64,000 bases of DNA, from IMG/VR virus record IMGVR_UViG_3300031414_000007, positions 128,001-192,000 of that record, one strand, 5' to 3'. The stretch's first letter is position 1; every line of letters begins with the position of its first letter. Below the pieces are notes generated by a model. That model did not search any database. It saw nothing but the letters and a program-made list of their open reading frames with translations, and had not been told where the DNA came from. Of the stretch, positions 39,592 to 48,596 are shown in pieces. Made by a program: the position numbers and the translations under genes. The stretch comes from a virus (lineage: Duplodnaviria > Caudoviricetes).

Positions 39592-39698
39592 CCTCTACTG
39601 GGTCTAGTAATCATATCGAATAAAAATTAGCGACTCAGGCGTGTTTTGTCCGATATAGTGTTCGCACTGACTTTACAAATTTTGGTCGCTATAGACGC

Positions 39699-39728
39699 AA
39701 AAAGGGGCAGCCGAAGCCACCCCTTTTT
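39699..39728 (-). terminator. Rho-independent terminator
   Basis: Minus strand GGGTGGC-TTCG-GCTGCCC-CTTTTT. Confidence 0.85.
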
Positions 39729-39760
39729 GTTTCGTAGTAATGTCTTACCGACCAGGTCGA

Positions 39761-40438
39761 TTAAACAGTTACTTTACCTTTTTTCTTGGTCTTTGCTGCT
39801 TTTTTCGCGCCGGCTTTCTGAGCTGCGGTACCTTTGTGGTGTACCTGCTTCTGGGTAGTTTCTTTACCCTTTTTCAGACGCGGCAGCGGTTTCAGCTTCG
39901 GCTTAACCAGAGTTACTGCTTTCGGAGCGACTTTCGGCGTTACCAGTTTGCCGTCTTTGATCATCGGCTTACGAGCTTTACGCGCGGCCAGACGAGCTTT
40001 CTGCTTCGCAACCAGGTTGCGGTAGCCGGCTTTCTGTTTGGCTTTCAGGTTGCTCAGAGCGATGGTCTGACGTTTCAGCAGCAGCTTACGTACCGCGCCC
40101 TGAGAGCTTGCGGTAGTTTTCAGGCCGGCCTGATATTTAGCCAGACGCTCTTTCAGACGCTGTTCGATAGACTTCGCTTTGCCTTTAGCTTTCTGCTTAC
40201 GCAGGTGCGTGGCGCGCTCGTTGTCGAACTTTTTGTCCGCAGTGGTTTTCTTCGCAGCAGGCTTTTTAGCTTTAGCAGCTTTCGGAGCCTTTGCAGCTTT
40301 AGGTGCTTTCGCAGCCTTAGGCGCTTTGGTGGTTTTCGCCTTTTTGGTACCAGTAGCTTTGGTAGCTTTCGCTTTCTTAGCTTTGGAACCGCCTTTAACC
40401 GGATCGGTCGGAGATGCAAGTTTGCGTTTTACGGCCAT
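39761..40438 (-). CDS. Histone H1-like Lys/Ala-rich DNA-condensing protein
   Basis: 225 aa with tandem KAPKAA repeats (KAPKAAKAPKAAKAPKAAKAK). Very basic. Stand-alone transcription unit. Confidence 0.75.
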   Translation of the reverse strand: MAVKRKLASPTDPVKGGSKAKKAKATKATGTKKAKTTKAPKAAKAPKAAKAPKAAKAKKPAAKKTTADKKFDNERATHLRKQKAKGKAKSIEQRLKERLAKYQAGLKTTASSQGAVRKLLLKRQTIALSNLKAKQKAGYRNLVAKQKARLAARKARKPMIKDGKLVTPKVAPKAVTLVKPKLKPLPRLKKGKETTQKQVHHKGTAAQKAGAKKAAKTKKKGKVTV

Positions 40439-40554
40439 GATTATATCCTCAAGTTACAATTGAACTTTCGTCCTGTGGACATTAAGTTTTGAAATCAGCA
40501 TGTAAAAATTAGTATATTCCCTAATACTTTCGTCAGGAATTTTCCTAAATCTTT

Positions 40555-41628
40555 TTACATAGCAGCATACCCTATTTCAGATAACACCGCGTTAAGTTCC
40601 TTGCGAGCACGGATGCGCAAGGACTTTTTAATCCCAGAAGCCTTCAGGTAATCCTTTAGGCCATCTCGTGGGTCAATGTCCGCAAGCGCCAGCTCACTAA
40701 CATCAACTGTATCTATATTATCGAGATCGACACGTTTATTCGTGGAATTTATTTGGGAAATGTTTGGGACGCGAGTACGGATATCTGCTGGGATCGACAC
40801 GGTATCTTTAACAACAAGACGGTAGCGAATCGCAGGGTTTACTTCCAGACGTGACCAGTCTTTCTGATTTTCAATTGCAACTGTTTCCAATCTAAACCCA
40901 GGCTTGCTGTCAACAAACTTCTGTTGTACCACCAGCTCACCTTTCTTATAATGCACACGGATATGAATGAATCCTTTCGGCAGTGCTTCGCCAAACGTTT
41001 TCTGATACGGCGACCCGCAGTAAGTGAAACGTTTCTTTTCCAGAACCTGATGCAGGTGGATGTGTCCGCTGATTGTATAATCACGCGGGTCTACTTTGAT
41101 ATCCTTCTTTGTTTTAAGAGGGCGTCCGTTATCGCCAAGCGCGCCTACAGCTTCAACGTGACAGAAGTTGAGGCAAGGCTTCTTATGCTTGATGCTTTCT
41201 TTCGCAGGGTGTGGCAGGAAGTTAACAACGATGCCGTCAATCTCAACCTGCTTTGGTCGGAGATAGATATGCAACGACTTGAGGAAGTCCCATTCGCAGA
41301 ATGTCTTGATCAAGTCCATGCTGGTGCTCGACATATCGGCCCAGTCGTGGTTGCCACCACAGTACCACGTTTCGATAACGCCTTCGTATTTGAGGAAGAA
41401 CTGGAGCAGCTTGCGCTTTGTCTCGTCATCCATTTTAAACTTGTCGGTTATGTCACCAGGAACAAAGATGTGACGAATGCCATGCTCTACAGCGTACTGA
41501 TAAATACGGTCGATCGTTTCAAGCTGACGGTCAACGTGATCAGTAGGGAAATGATTAGCAAGCCCCTCGAAGTGCCAGTCAGCGGTCACCAGAGCCTCTA
41601 ACATCTCAGATACTTTTTTCTTTTTCAT
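40555..41628 (-). CDS. Mre11/SbcD/gp47-like metallophosphoesterase nuclease
   Basis: TADWH, VPGDITD, GGNHD, FCH and ISGHIH motifs. Start moved to ATG 41628. Confidence 0.88.
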   Translation of the reverse strand: MKKKKVSEMLEALVTADWHFEGLANHFPTDHVDRQLETIDRIYQYAVEHGIRHIFVPGDITDKFKMDDETKRKLLQFFLKYEGVIETWYCGGNHDWADMSSTSMDLIKTFCEWDFLKSLHIYLRPKQVEIDGIVVNFLPHPAKESIKHKKPCLNFCHVEAVGALGDNGRPLKTKKDIKVDPRDYTISGHIHLHQVLEKKRFTYCGSPYQKTFGEALPKGFIHIRVHYKKGELVVQQKFVDSKPGFRLETVAIENQKDWSRLEVNPAIRYRLVVKDTVSIPADIRTRVPNISQINSTNKRVDLDNIDTVDVSELALADIDPRDGLKDYLKASGIKKSLRIRARKELNAVLSEIGYAAM

Positions 41629-41676
41629 CAATACAATCCACGAGTTTCTTTGACTGCTATTTACAGAATCAAAATG

Positions 41677-41701
41677 AAAACGGGCAGCATAAGCCACCCG
41701 T
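41677..41701 (-). terminator. Rho-independent terminator
   Basis: Minus strand CGGGTGGC-TTAT-GCTGCCCG-TTTT. Confidence 0.75.
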
Positions 41702-41706
41702 TAGGT

Positions 41707-43593
41707 TTACTTCATTTTAGCGAGGCGTTCACGACGTGCTTTAGCTTCCTCACGCATGTAGACGGCTTCTTCTTTTGCTTCTGCAAGAGCTATTTCAAGC
41801 GCACGATCACAGATGGCTTGAATTACATGCTCCGGAGATTCACTTGGCTCAACCAGAAAATTACCGCTACGCGATAGCACCTCAGTATCAGGATAGAGTT
41901 CCTCTCTGGCCTGAGTTATACACAGCTCCTCGTCGATGCGGTAGATTAACGTGGCCAGCTCGGTCTTCTTGAACTTGTTCTCCTTACGCTCAAACAGAGG
42001 ACGCAGTTTAGGGTGGAAGTCTCTGCGAGCATCAATAGCCACATACTTCCACCCATCAAATACCTTCTGCGCACATTCATAGTAGCGAGCATCTACACTG
42101 TCCTTGTATCGCTCAAGGCTTGCGCGTGTTGCAGCAGGGCAGATAGGAGACATGTTGGCGAGTGAGCCGATGGCGGGAGCAAGCACGTACTCGTCTCTAT
42201 AGCTATCACCTACCACGTATTCTTCGTCTACATATTTGGTCTGCACTTCGCCTGTATTAACGCGGCACGCATTGTACCAGAATGCACTTTCAGGATTTTT
42301 GGTATACTTAACGAACGACCAAATCTGCGAGAGTGCGGCAGGATATGACCAGTTCTGGATGTTCTCTTCCCTGTTTCCGTAGAAGTCCACATCACCAAGA
42401 TTCGCGTCCAAGAAGTTCTGACGTTTTGTGTGAGGCAGCTTGTCAATGAAGATTTCCATAGCTCTAGGCCTATGCGTCAGGTACTGCCACAACTTGATCA
42501 CAGTCGGGTCTTCAACACCAAGTGTATCAAAAACTATATCGAGATAGTCGCCGAACTCTTGGTAGTGTTTATTCACAAGCAGCTCGGTAGCGGTGCGCAC
42601 ATAAAACATAGGCTGCCCCCACTTCTCACGCGCGAGCGCAAGAGCAATGCTCGGATATCGGTCCATATAACTCCGTGCAATGTCTTCTCCGTCTTTAGTG
42701 CGCTTTGCAGCAATCAAACGTTTAACAAACGTGTTGACGTCACCATGAATAAGAGGACTTTCGAGATCATAGTCAAACTCCTCCCAGCGGCGATCTGGAT
42801 AGAGCTTGCTGCTTAGTTCGTATATGCCTTTACGTTCAGTTGTTGCTAGGAACGGATTGATGTGCTCGTCAAGCCACTCCTGCAGCACGTGGACGAAAGG
42901 CATCTTAGCATCAGGATAGGCAAACTCGACCAGATAAAGAGCGTTCACCTTTTCAGAGCCTACGAATCGATCGGACGCTTTAATCTTAGCCTTCTTCTCA
43001 AAGTAAGGCTTAGCTAGGCAGCGACCAATAGGCTTGTTGATGTTCTTGTCTGATGGGTCAATCAGATAGGCAACCAGAGTACCACCAGCGATATCCTGTT
43101 TGACATACTTCTTGTTCGAACCTGTCTTCACGTTCATGCAGCTAACCCAACCACGATCGGTGGACATACCTGCAATGTCGTATGGGTGCATTGAGATACA
43201 AATGAGTTGACGATTACGCGTAGCATTCACAATAGACTTACGGTTCGGGTCAGAGTCGAACATCTTTTTGAGTTCTGGATTGTTCGACAACACACGACCA
43301 ATCTTAACGATTCGACCATGCTTGTCCTTTCCTGCACCTGTCAGGTAATCGACGAGAACAATATCTTTCTCTGCCAGCGCGTCTACGATCTGAATCGGCG
43401 GCTTGACGTTTTGCGCAACGTTTTTGATCACGTTGTCGCTCTTTGCGTCTATATAGATACGCATGGCCTTGTGGCCTTTCTTACCGCTAATCTTTTCGAA
43501 AAGATTGAGCAAAGTCGTATTAGGCTTCCAACCTTTTCTGTACTTGCGGTACAACGAAGGAGGGAGAGCGGACAGACTGACTTGAATTTCCAT
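41707..43593 (-). CDS. Hypothetical protein with N-terminal VSLS motif (putative head-packaged protein)
   Basis: 628 aa. Starts MEIQVSLSA. Contains HPYDIAGMSTDRGWVSCM. CTAATTTT upstream. Confidence 0.6.
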   Translation of the reverse strand: MEIQVSLSALPPSLYRKYRKGWKPNTTLLNLFEKISGKKGHKAMRIYIDAKSDNVIKNVAQNVKPPIQIVDALAEKDIVLVDYLTGAGKDKHGRIVKIGRVLSNNPELKKMFDSDPNRKSIVNATRNRQLICISMHPYDIAGMSTDRGWVSCMNVKTGSNKKYVKQDIAGGTLVAYLIDPSDKNINKPIGRCLAKPYFEKKAKIKASDRFVGSEKVNALYLVEFAYPDAKMPFVHVLQEWLDEHINPFLATTERKGIYELSSKLYPDRRWEEFDYDLESPLIHGDVNTFVKRLIAAKRTKDGEDIARSYMDRYPSIALALAREKWGQPMFYVRTATELLVNKHYQEFGDYLDIVFDTLGVEDPTVIKLWQYLTHRPRAMEIFIDKLPHTKRQNFLDANLGDVDFYGNREENIQNWSYPAALSQIWSFVKYTKNPESAFWYNACRVNTGEVQTKYVDEEYVVGDSYRDEYVLAPAIGSLANMSPICPAATRASLERYKDSVDARYYECAQKVFDGWKYVAIDARRDFHPKLRPLFERKENKFKKTELATLIYRIDEELCITQAREELYPDTEVLSRSGNFLVEPSESPEHVIQAICDRALEIALAEAKEEAVYMREEAKARRERLAKMK

Positions 43594-43621
43594 TGGGGAT
43601 CTCTGTGTTCGGGTGATGATA

Positions 43622-43629
43622 AAAATTAG
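43622..43629 (-). promoter_or_regulatory. CTAATTT(T/C) motif (representative of ~12 copies), putative late promoter
   Basis: Copies at about 10324, 12773, 16718, 36011, 39623, 40505, 43622, 47676, 48576, 53988, 56116 and 63739, mostly ~20-35 nt upstream of structural or lysis gene starts. Confidence 0.7.
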
Positions 43630-43651
43630 CGTAGAAACGACAAACGCCCCT

Positions 43652-44161
43652 TCAGGAGCGTCTATTGAATTTTAGCCAGTCTTTCCACCAATACGTAACG
43701 GGCTTGTTTTGCTTGAGCGCGTAGTCAATACAGTTCTGTGTTCCTGATGGTGCACCACAACATAATGAAATCAGACGATCTGTTTCATCAACCATGTAGT
43801 GATTGCGTTTGTTGAGTGCGAAGCCTGCTTGACCGTCCATGTGAAGCCAGTCTTCTTTTGATGTGACTATTCTTACTTCGTGGCTTTTATTAAGAAGACC
43901 GTCAAGTTCAATCACGCTACTGATTGGCCAGCGAGCATTGAACCCAGGATAAGGTAGACAGGAAACAACTTTATGTCCTTGGGATATTGCGGCAGTCGCT
44001 ACAGCCATATCAAAGCCAAGAGCGCACCCGACGTAGATGATTGCATCGTCGTCCAGTGCGAGTAATCTGCGATGTGCGAAAGTATACAGGCGATCTTTTG
44101 CCTTAGGGCTGAATCCACCCAACGATTGTGGGCGATGACCAGTGAAGGATATCTTTTCCAT
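43652..44161 (-). CDS. SLOG family protein (YspA/DUF1273-like)
   Basis: ISFTGHRP, GCALGFD, LPYPGF..RW, LNKRNHYMVD and SGTQNCIDYA motifs. Confidence 0.85.
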   Translation of the reverse strand: MEKISFTGHRPQSLGGFSPKAKDRLYTFAHRRLLALDDDAIIYVGCALGFDMAVATAAISQGHKVVSCLPYPGFNARWPISSVIELDGLLNKSHEVRIVTSKEDWLHMDGQAGFALNKRNHYMVDETDRLISLCCGAPSGTQNCIDYALKQNKPVTYWWKDWLKFNRRS

Positions 44162-44200
44162 ACAGAGTATTTACAGAAGCACGTCCGTGTGCCGATACAA

Positions 44201-44566
44201 TTAGACCGTTACTTCGAGGTCATGATCGCCTGAGTTCCATACGAGTTCGCGGATGTTACGAGGCATGATGATACAACCCGAAGAGGCAGTACCCGGAGCC
44301 TTGATGCTATCGCCGTGCATCTGAAATGCAGAGCGACCGAACATCTCGTTCTCTTTTGCAGGAGTCAGGTCCATAGCATACGGTCCTGTCTTCTGGCTGG
44401 TACGAGGTTTGTTCAGAGTGTAGCGTCCCACAGGCAAAGGGCCCATGCCAACTACGTTCTGAGACTCGTGTTTGTTTTTGTGTTCGCCTTTACCTGCATA
44501 GCCACGAGCGACCAGCTGGTGTTGAGCGTTGAACAGTTCACCTGTCGTTTGTTTATAAATCCACAT
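44201..44566 (-). CDS. Tlde1/DUF2778-like L,D-transpeptidase/carboxypeptidase domain protein
   Basis: GYAG.G..KN, GPLP.G.Y, GRSAF.MHGD and ASSGCI (His...Cys catalytic pair). Start moved to ATG 44566 (AAGGAG RBS). Confidence 0.75.
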   Translation of the reverse strand: MWIYKQTTGELFNAQHQLVARGYAGKGEHKNKHESQNVVGMGPLPVGRYTLNKPRTSQKTGPYAMDLTPAKENEMFGRSAFQMHGDSIKAPGTASSGCIIMPRNIRELVWNSGDHDLEVTV

Positions 44567-44648
44567 ACGATGCTCCTTACATTTTGATGTGGTTTTCAAC
44601 TAAAGTAAAAATGGGCCAACACCTTTCGATGTAAGCCCAAGATCACGA

Positions 44649-45158
44649 TCATTCCTTAATCATCTTGACGCGTGTGTGATCAAAGATGCCGAAGGTAGGC
44701 ACATCGTTGTGCTCACCCTCATTACCTTTAATCGAGTCATACCCAGCAAGTTTGAGTATCTTGCTGATCTCGGTATACTCGTCCCACCACATATAAACCC
44801 TTTTGTGTTGCGATGAAGGGATTAGGTTGTTGAGCGCGTCTAATCGTTTGACAAGAGTTATCGCCTCATCTTTGCCTACCAAATGCAACTGGAAGGCTTC
44901 CATGATAAGTTGTTTAACCCTTCTATAAATCTCAGCGAACTTTACTTCCGTCCACAGAGAACGGAACTTCAAGGTAGCATAGTGACCAGGGTCCGCATGA
45001 AACTTGTAGAGACGCCCACCTTCTGCGTACAGTTCGGCATACGCACGATCTGGAGTTACCCAAGTCATGTGTTGCTTCTTCGCACGTTCCTCATTCCAGT
45101 CTTCTGCAAGACCTCGATAGTAGGTGGTGGGCGCACTCAGACTGACAAAGATCTGCAT
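44649..45158 (-). CDS. Putative ADP-ribosyltransferase-fold protein with N-terminal VSLS motif
   Basis: YYRG, TWVTPDRAYAELYA and GYDSIKGNE match strand-1 Arg, the S/T-x motif and the late acidic strand of ART domains. Confidence 0.55.
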   Translation of the reverse strand: MQIFVSLSAPTTYYRGLAEDWNEERAKKQHMTWVTPDRAYAELYAEGGRLYKFHADPGHYATLKFRSLWTEVKFAEIYRRVKQLIMEAFQLHLVGKDEAITLVKRLDALNNLIPSSQHKRVYMWWDEYTEISKILKLAGYDSIKGNEGEHNDVPTFGIFDHTRVKMIKE

Positions 45159-45161
45159 CTG

Positions 45162-46124
45162 TTACCAGTTGGTGTCTTTGATATTCGACTCGCCCAGAGC
45201 ACGTTTGAAAGAGTCAGGCGTCAGGCCGTATTTAGCCATATCAGATTTCTTAACCACCAGCTTCTGACCACGCTTGTTGGTAAAGACGCCTTTGCCTTTC
45301 TCAACAGTACCAGTCCACCCAGCAGCAGAAGTGATAGGCTTACCGCCATTCAGTTCTTTCAGCATACGCTTGGACATACGCGTATCTTTATCCCACTGCT
45401 TGGACTGACCTGCCAGATGCTTGTTTGCCGCATCATCAATCTGGCCAGGAGTTCTGTGGCGAGTACCGCCGGTCAGAGCTTTTTCGCGTTGAGCTTTGAT
45501 GGCTTTCTTCTTCTCAGGAGTGAACGCACCAGTAATAGCACCTTTCATTTTCTTGATAGGAGCTTTAGCCGCAGCTTTGGTTGTGGTCTTGCTGCCCAGC
45601 GCGTCGAAAGCGGCTTCTTTAACAAACTTAGGCTTGAATGCACCACGTTTGCCTGTGATACCAAACTCGGTCAGCTTAGTGCTACGAATCTGTTTAAGCG
45701 CAGCAGCAGAGCCAACACCTGTTTTAATGTCAGCAGCAGACAGAGGCAGATTCAGTCCACCAAGACCATGTTTCTTGGCGTGAGAGTTCGCTTCACGAAT
45801 CAGAGCTTTCGCCTGTTTAATGTCTGCGGTAGCTTTGGTCTTCTCAGTCTTGCGAGTTTCCATCAGCGCAGTACGCTTAGGACCTTTAGCAGTCTGACGC
45901 GCTTTGGTGGAAGCAGTATTCGATTTGATGCTGGCGGTGATGCCAGAGACTGCGGCAGTTTTAGCTTTCTTCAACAGACCGAGAACAGCTTGCAGTTCTG
46001 CTTTCTTCGCGGAGTTAACAACCAGAGTCTGAACGCCACCGACTTTAGCGATCTTGTACGAAGGTTTCTTTGCGGCAGACTCGGACGCTACAGTCTGCTC
46101 AACGTTGATTTTGATAAGTGCCAT
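45162..46124 (-). CDS. Lys/Ala-rich basic protein (histone-like, putative internal head protein)
   Basis: Start moved to ATG 46124 (GAGG RBS, MALIKINVEQTVASESAAKK). K/A/T-rich. Confidence 0.65.
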   Translation of the reverse strand: MALIKINVEQTVASESAAKKPSYKIAKVGGVQTLVVNSAKKAELQAVLGLLKKAKTAAVSGITASIKSNTASTKARQTAKGPKRTALMETRKTEKTKATADIKQAKALIREANSHAKKHGLGGLNLPLSAADIKTGVGSAAALKQIRSTKLTEFGITGKRGAFKPKFVKEAAFDALGSKTTTKAAAKAPIKKMKGAITGAFTPEKKKAIKAQREKALTGGTRHRTPGQIDDAANKHLAGQSKQWDKDTRMSKRMLKELNGGKPITSAAGWTGTVEKGKGVFTNKRGQKLVVKKSDMAKYGLTPDSFKRALGESNIKDTNW

Positions 46125-46134
46125 TTTGGGTTCC

Positions 46135-46737
46135 TCAAACCAGGGCTCTGCCTGGGAGTTCGAAGTTCTTACCGGCTGAGTAATCACCCAGCGCCTGATA
46201 GAGAGAGTTGCGCAACATCTGATTGATGATGTCCGAGTTATGTGCCGAAGCGTCTTTGAAAGCCACCTCGATCGATTCGTTTCTCGGATTCAATACAGCA
46301 TAACGCAGCGGGCAGATCTTTTGCGCTTCACACCACGCGTCGATTTTAATCTGCAAATCAGGCGTGATTGGAATACGAAAGTCTGACAGTTGAAACACAA
46401 CGCTCTGGATAGGAGGAGGTGATGACTCTGACTTAACAGTGTCAGTGCCTAGCTTCTCCATAGCCATCGCCGCGTTATACACGGAGGAGAACTTGGTCTT
46501 CAACGTGTTTGTTTCGACGAGCTTATAGCTATTCGCCGCAAGCCCTTGACGACGCAACTTGGCAATCTTAACAACATAATCACCTGAGTCGTCAGAAGCA
46601 AATGCAACGTAAGCGTAGAACGCAAAGCCAGACGCTTCACGCAGCAACTTATGATCTAAGGCGCGGTCGCCTATGATAACATTCAGTTGTTGCAGACCCA
46701 TCTGGACTTCGCGTGACAGTGAAACGTAGATTTGCAT
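46135..46737 (-). CDS. Hypothetical protein with N-terminal VSLS motif
   Basis: 200 aa. Starts MQIYVSLSR. Internal VKSES. Confidence 0.6.
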   Translation of the reverse strand: MQIYVSLSREVQMGLQQLNVIIGDRALDHKLLREASGFAFYAYVAFASDDSGDYVVKIAKLRRQGLAANSYKLVETNTLKTKFSSVYNAAMAMEKLGTDTVKSESSPPPIQSVVFQLSDFRIPITPDLQIKIDAWCEAQKICPLRYAVLNPRNESIEVAFKDASAHNSDIINQMLRNSLYQALGDYSAGKNFELPGRALV

Positions 46738-47075
46738 TAGCGCAGACGAGCGAGAGCCTGTTTAGCTTTTGCCAGAGTCTGTTCGTAGTTCGCTTCGTCG
46801 TCGAACTCAGGCTCCATACGAATCTCGATGCCAGAGATATTGAACCCAACATCTTCGTCTTCGTCTTTGGTCACCATGCCGAAACGTGCAACGCCGTTTT
46901 TGTAGCTGATGAAACGGAAGTCGAGAATATCTTCCGGGCCACCCAGGTCAGACGGCATGCCGTCGTCCAGCAGATCGAAGAACTCTTTCTTCGTCAGTTT
47001 GCTGAACACTGCATTGATAGCAGAGGCCGATTCTGACTTAACAGCTTCTTCGAGATTCAGTTTGATAAGGGACAT
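46737..47075 (-). CDS. Small acidic protein with SES N-terminal motif
   Basis: 112 aa. Starts MSLIKLNLEEAVKSESASA. Confidence 0.6.
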   Translation of the reverse strand: MSLIKLNLEEAVKSESASAINAVFSKLTKKEFFDLLDDGMPSDLGGPEDILDFRFISYKNGVARFGMVTKDEDEDVGFNISGIEIRMEPEFDDEANYEQTLAKAKQALARLR

Positions 47076-47077
47076 GG

Positions 47078-47650
47078 TTAGTGTACTCCAACTTGTTTAG
47101 TGATTGTGATAACACGCTGGTACCAACCATAGATGTTATCTTCCTGAGTTTCATCTGCCTTTGCAATGTTCTTCAACTTCGCAATACGGCAGCCGTTGTA
47201 GGCATAAGCCAATACTTTAATGTCGCGTACTTTGACATAGGCAGCAAGAGCAGCCAGCGTCTTCGGACCAACATTCGCAGCGGGAGTAAAGTCAGGATAG
47301 AGTTTGCCTCGGCCGTTTAAGATGTTCAGTTGGTCTTGCAGTTCAGCGATTGCTGCTGGTGGGCCTGAATTAACAGCGTAGTCGAATACCCACAGTGCCA
47401 ACTCTTGGCTGTACTTCGCAATTTCATCACACTTGCAGAAATCCCAGAAGTTAGCGCTGTAGATCTTATACGCAATCTCATAAGGCAGGTCTTGCATCGC
47501 ACCCTTGTAACCATAGGCACGAGCGTTCTTTTCAGTGACGCCCCAACGAGTAGGACCGCCACGGTCAGCAGCACGGTTAGTGTACTTCGAGCCACCTTCG
47601 CGATCAATAACCTCAGCGATAGCGTTCTTTCTAAACGTCAATGCGTCCAT
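47078..47650 (-). CDS. Glycoside hydrolase family 108 lysozyme (endolysin candidate) with C-terminal PG-binding domain
   Basis: REGG.KYTN..ADRGGPTRWGVT, FDYAVNSG and LQ..LN motifs, ending GW.QRV. Confidence 0.9.
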   Translation of the reverse strand: MDALTFRKNAIAEVIDREGGSKYTNRAADRGGPTRWGVTEKNARAYGYKGAMQDLPYEIAYKIYSANFWDFCKCDEIAKYSQELALWVFDYAVNSGPPAAIAELQDQLNILNGRGKLYPDFTPAANVGPKTLAALAAYVKVRDIKVLAYAYNGCRIAKLKNIAKADETQEDNIYGWYQRVITITKQVGVH

Positions 47651-47685
47651 AATAAAGCCCTCTGTTAGACAGACTAAAATTAGCG

Positions 47686-48528
47686 TTAGATGAACAAGTT
47701 TGTCTTCTTAAACTTCATCTTAGGGCGAGTGCCTGGGTCAGACACGATAGCCTCAAAATCGGTCGTATCGAGTTTGCAAAACGCACGGAAGTGAGGGCTG
47801 TAGAAGAACGCTTTGTCCAGCACAGGAGATTCATCAACACCTGTTTGAGTCTGAGCAAATACGCCATCATAAGACGGGAACGAAATGCCTGGCTGTCCAT
47901 TAGCCCCACTTACCGTAGTAGATGTTGGGAGACCCATCAACGCATACCCGAAATTTGGTGTTTCTGCGGCTGCGTATGTTCTGAATGTACAAGCACCAGT
48001 AGACCCACCAGCTGAGGCAGTAGTGGCCGCAGTCTCACCTGTCGCCCTTACATATCTAATACCGATGAATCCTGTAGCATACTGACCGTACGGGCAGTTA
48101 CCGTCATGCAAATTCATTGGAGGTAATTGAATCGGCTGCCCAGCAATCATACCGCTTGTCAAAAAGATAGTTGTTAGTCCACCTGACACAAGCAGCGAAT
48201 AGGACTGAGCCGCAGCAATGCTACTGTTACCACTAAGACCCCATGCGGTGTTCTGTTGAACAATATCCGTGTCATTGGTTAGGGCGACGGATGTGGCCTG
48301 TATGTATTTCAAGCAGGTGAAGTGGTACTTGTTTGACTTGCGGCCTCGAATGGGATTGAGAAATCCATTGAAGCCTAATACAGCCCGCGCCGTTCTGGCG
48401 AGTGCGTTGGCTTTTGTCATGTCTGTAAGCGTTGAGAAGTCTGAGGGTTCTCGACTATCATACAGAAAGACGTTTGGCATAGTGGGTGAGGGCCCAGCTA
48501 AGCCAGCGAATGAAGATATGTACTGCAT
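47686..48528 (-). CDS. Hypothetical protein, possibly virion structural
   Basis: 280 aa, G/S/T/A-rich. CTAATTTT upstream. Confidence 0.5.
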   Translation of the reverse strand: MQYISSFAGLAGPSPTMPNVFLYDSREPSDFSTLTDMTKANALARTARAVLGFNGFLNPIRGRKSNKYHFTCLKYIQATSVALTNDTDIVQQNTAWGLSGNSSIAAAQSYSLLVSGGLTTIFLTSGMIAGQPIQLPPMNLHDGNCPYGQYATGFIGIRYVRATGETAATTASAGGSTGACTFRTYAAAETPNFGYALMGLPTSTTVSGANGQPGISFPSYDGVFAQTQTGVDESPVLDKAFFYSPHFRAFCKLDTTDFEAIVSDPGTRPKMKFKKTNLFI

Positions 48529-48596
48529 AGTTTCTACCTCGGGTAGGTTGTTAACAAGGTGCTACGCTCTAAGGTAAAATTAGTGCCAAGATCGAC

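Noticed and set aside
44883-46226. 447-aa plus-strand ORF
   Set aside because: Antisense shadow of the K/A-rich minus-strand gene. Phe/Leu/Ser-rich composition mirrors Lys/Ala codons. No RBS or recognisable domain.
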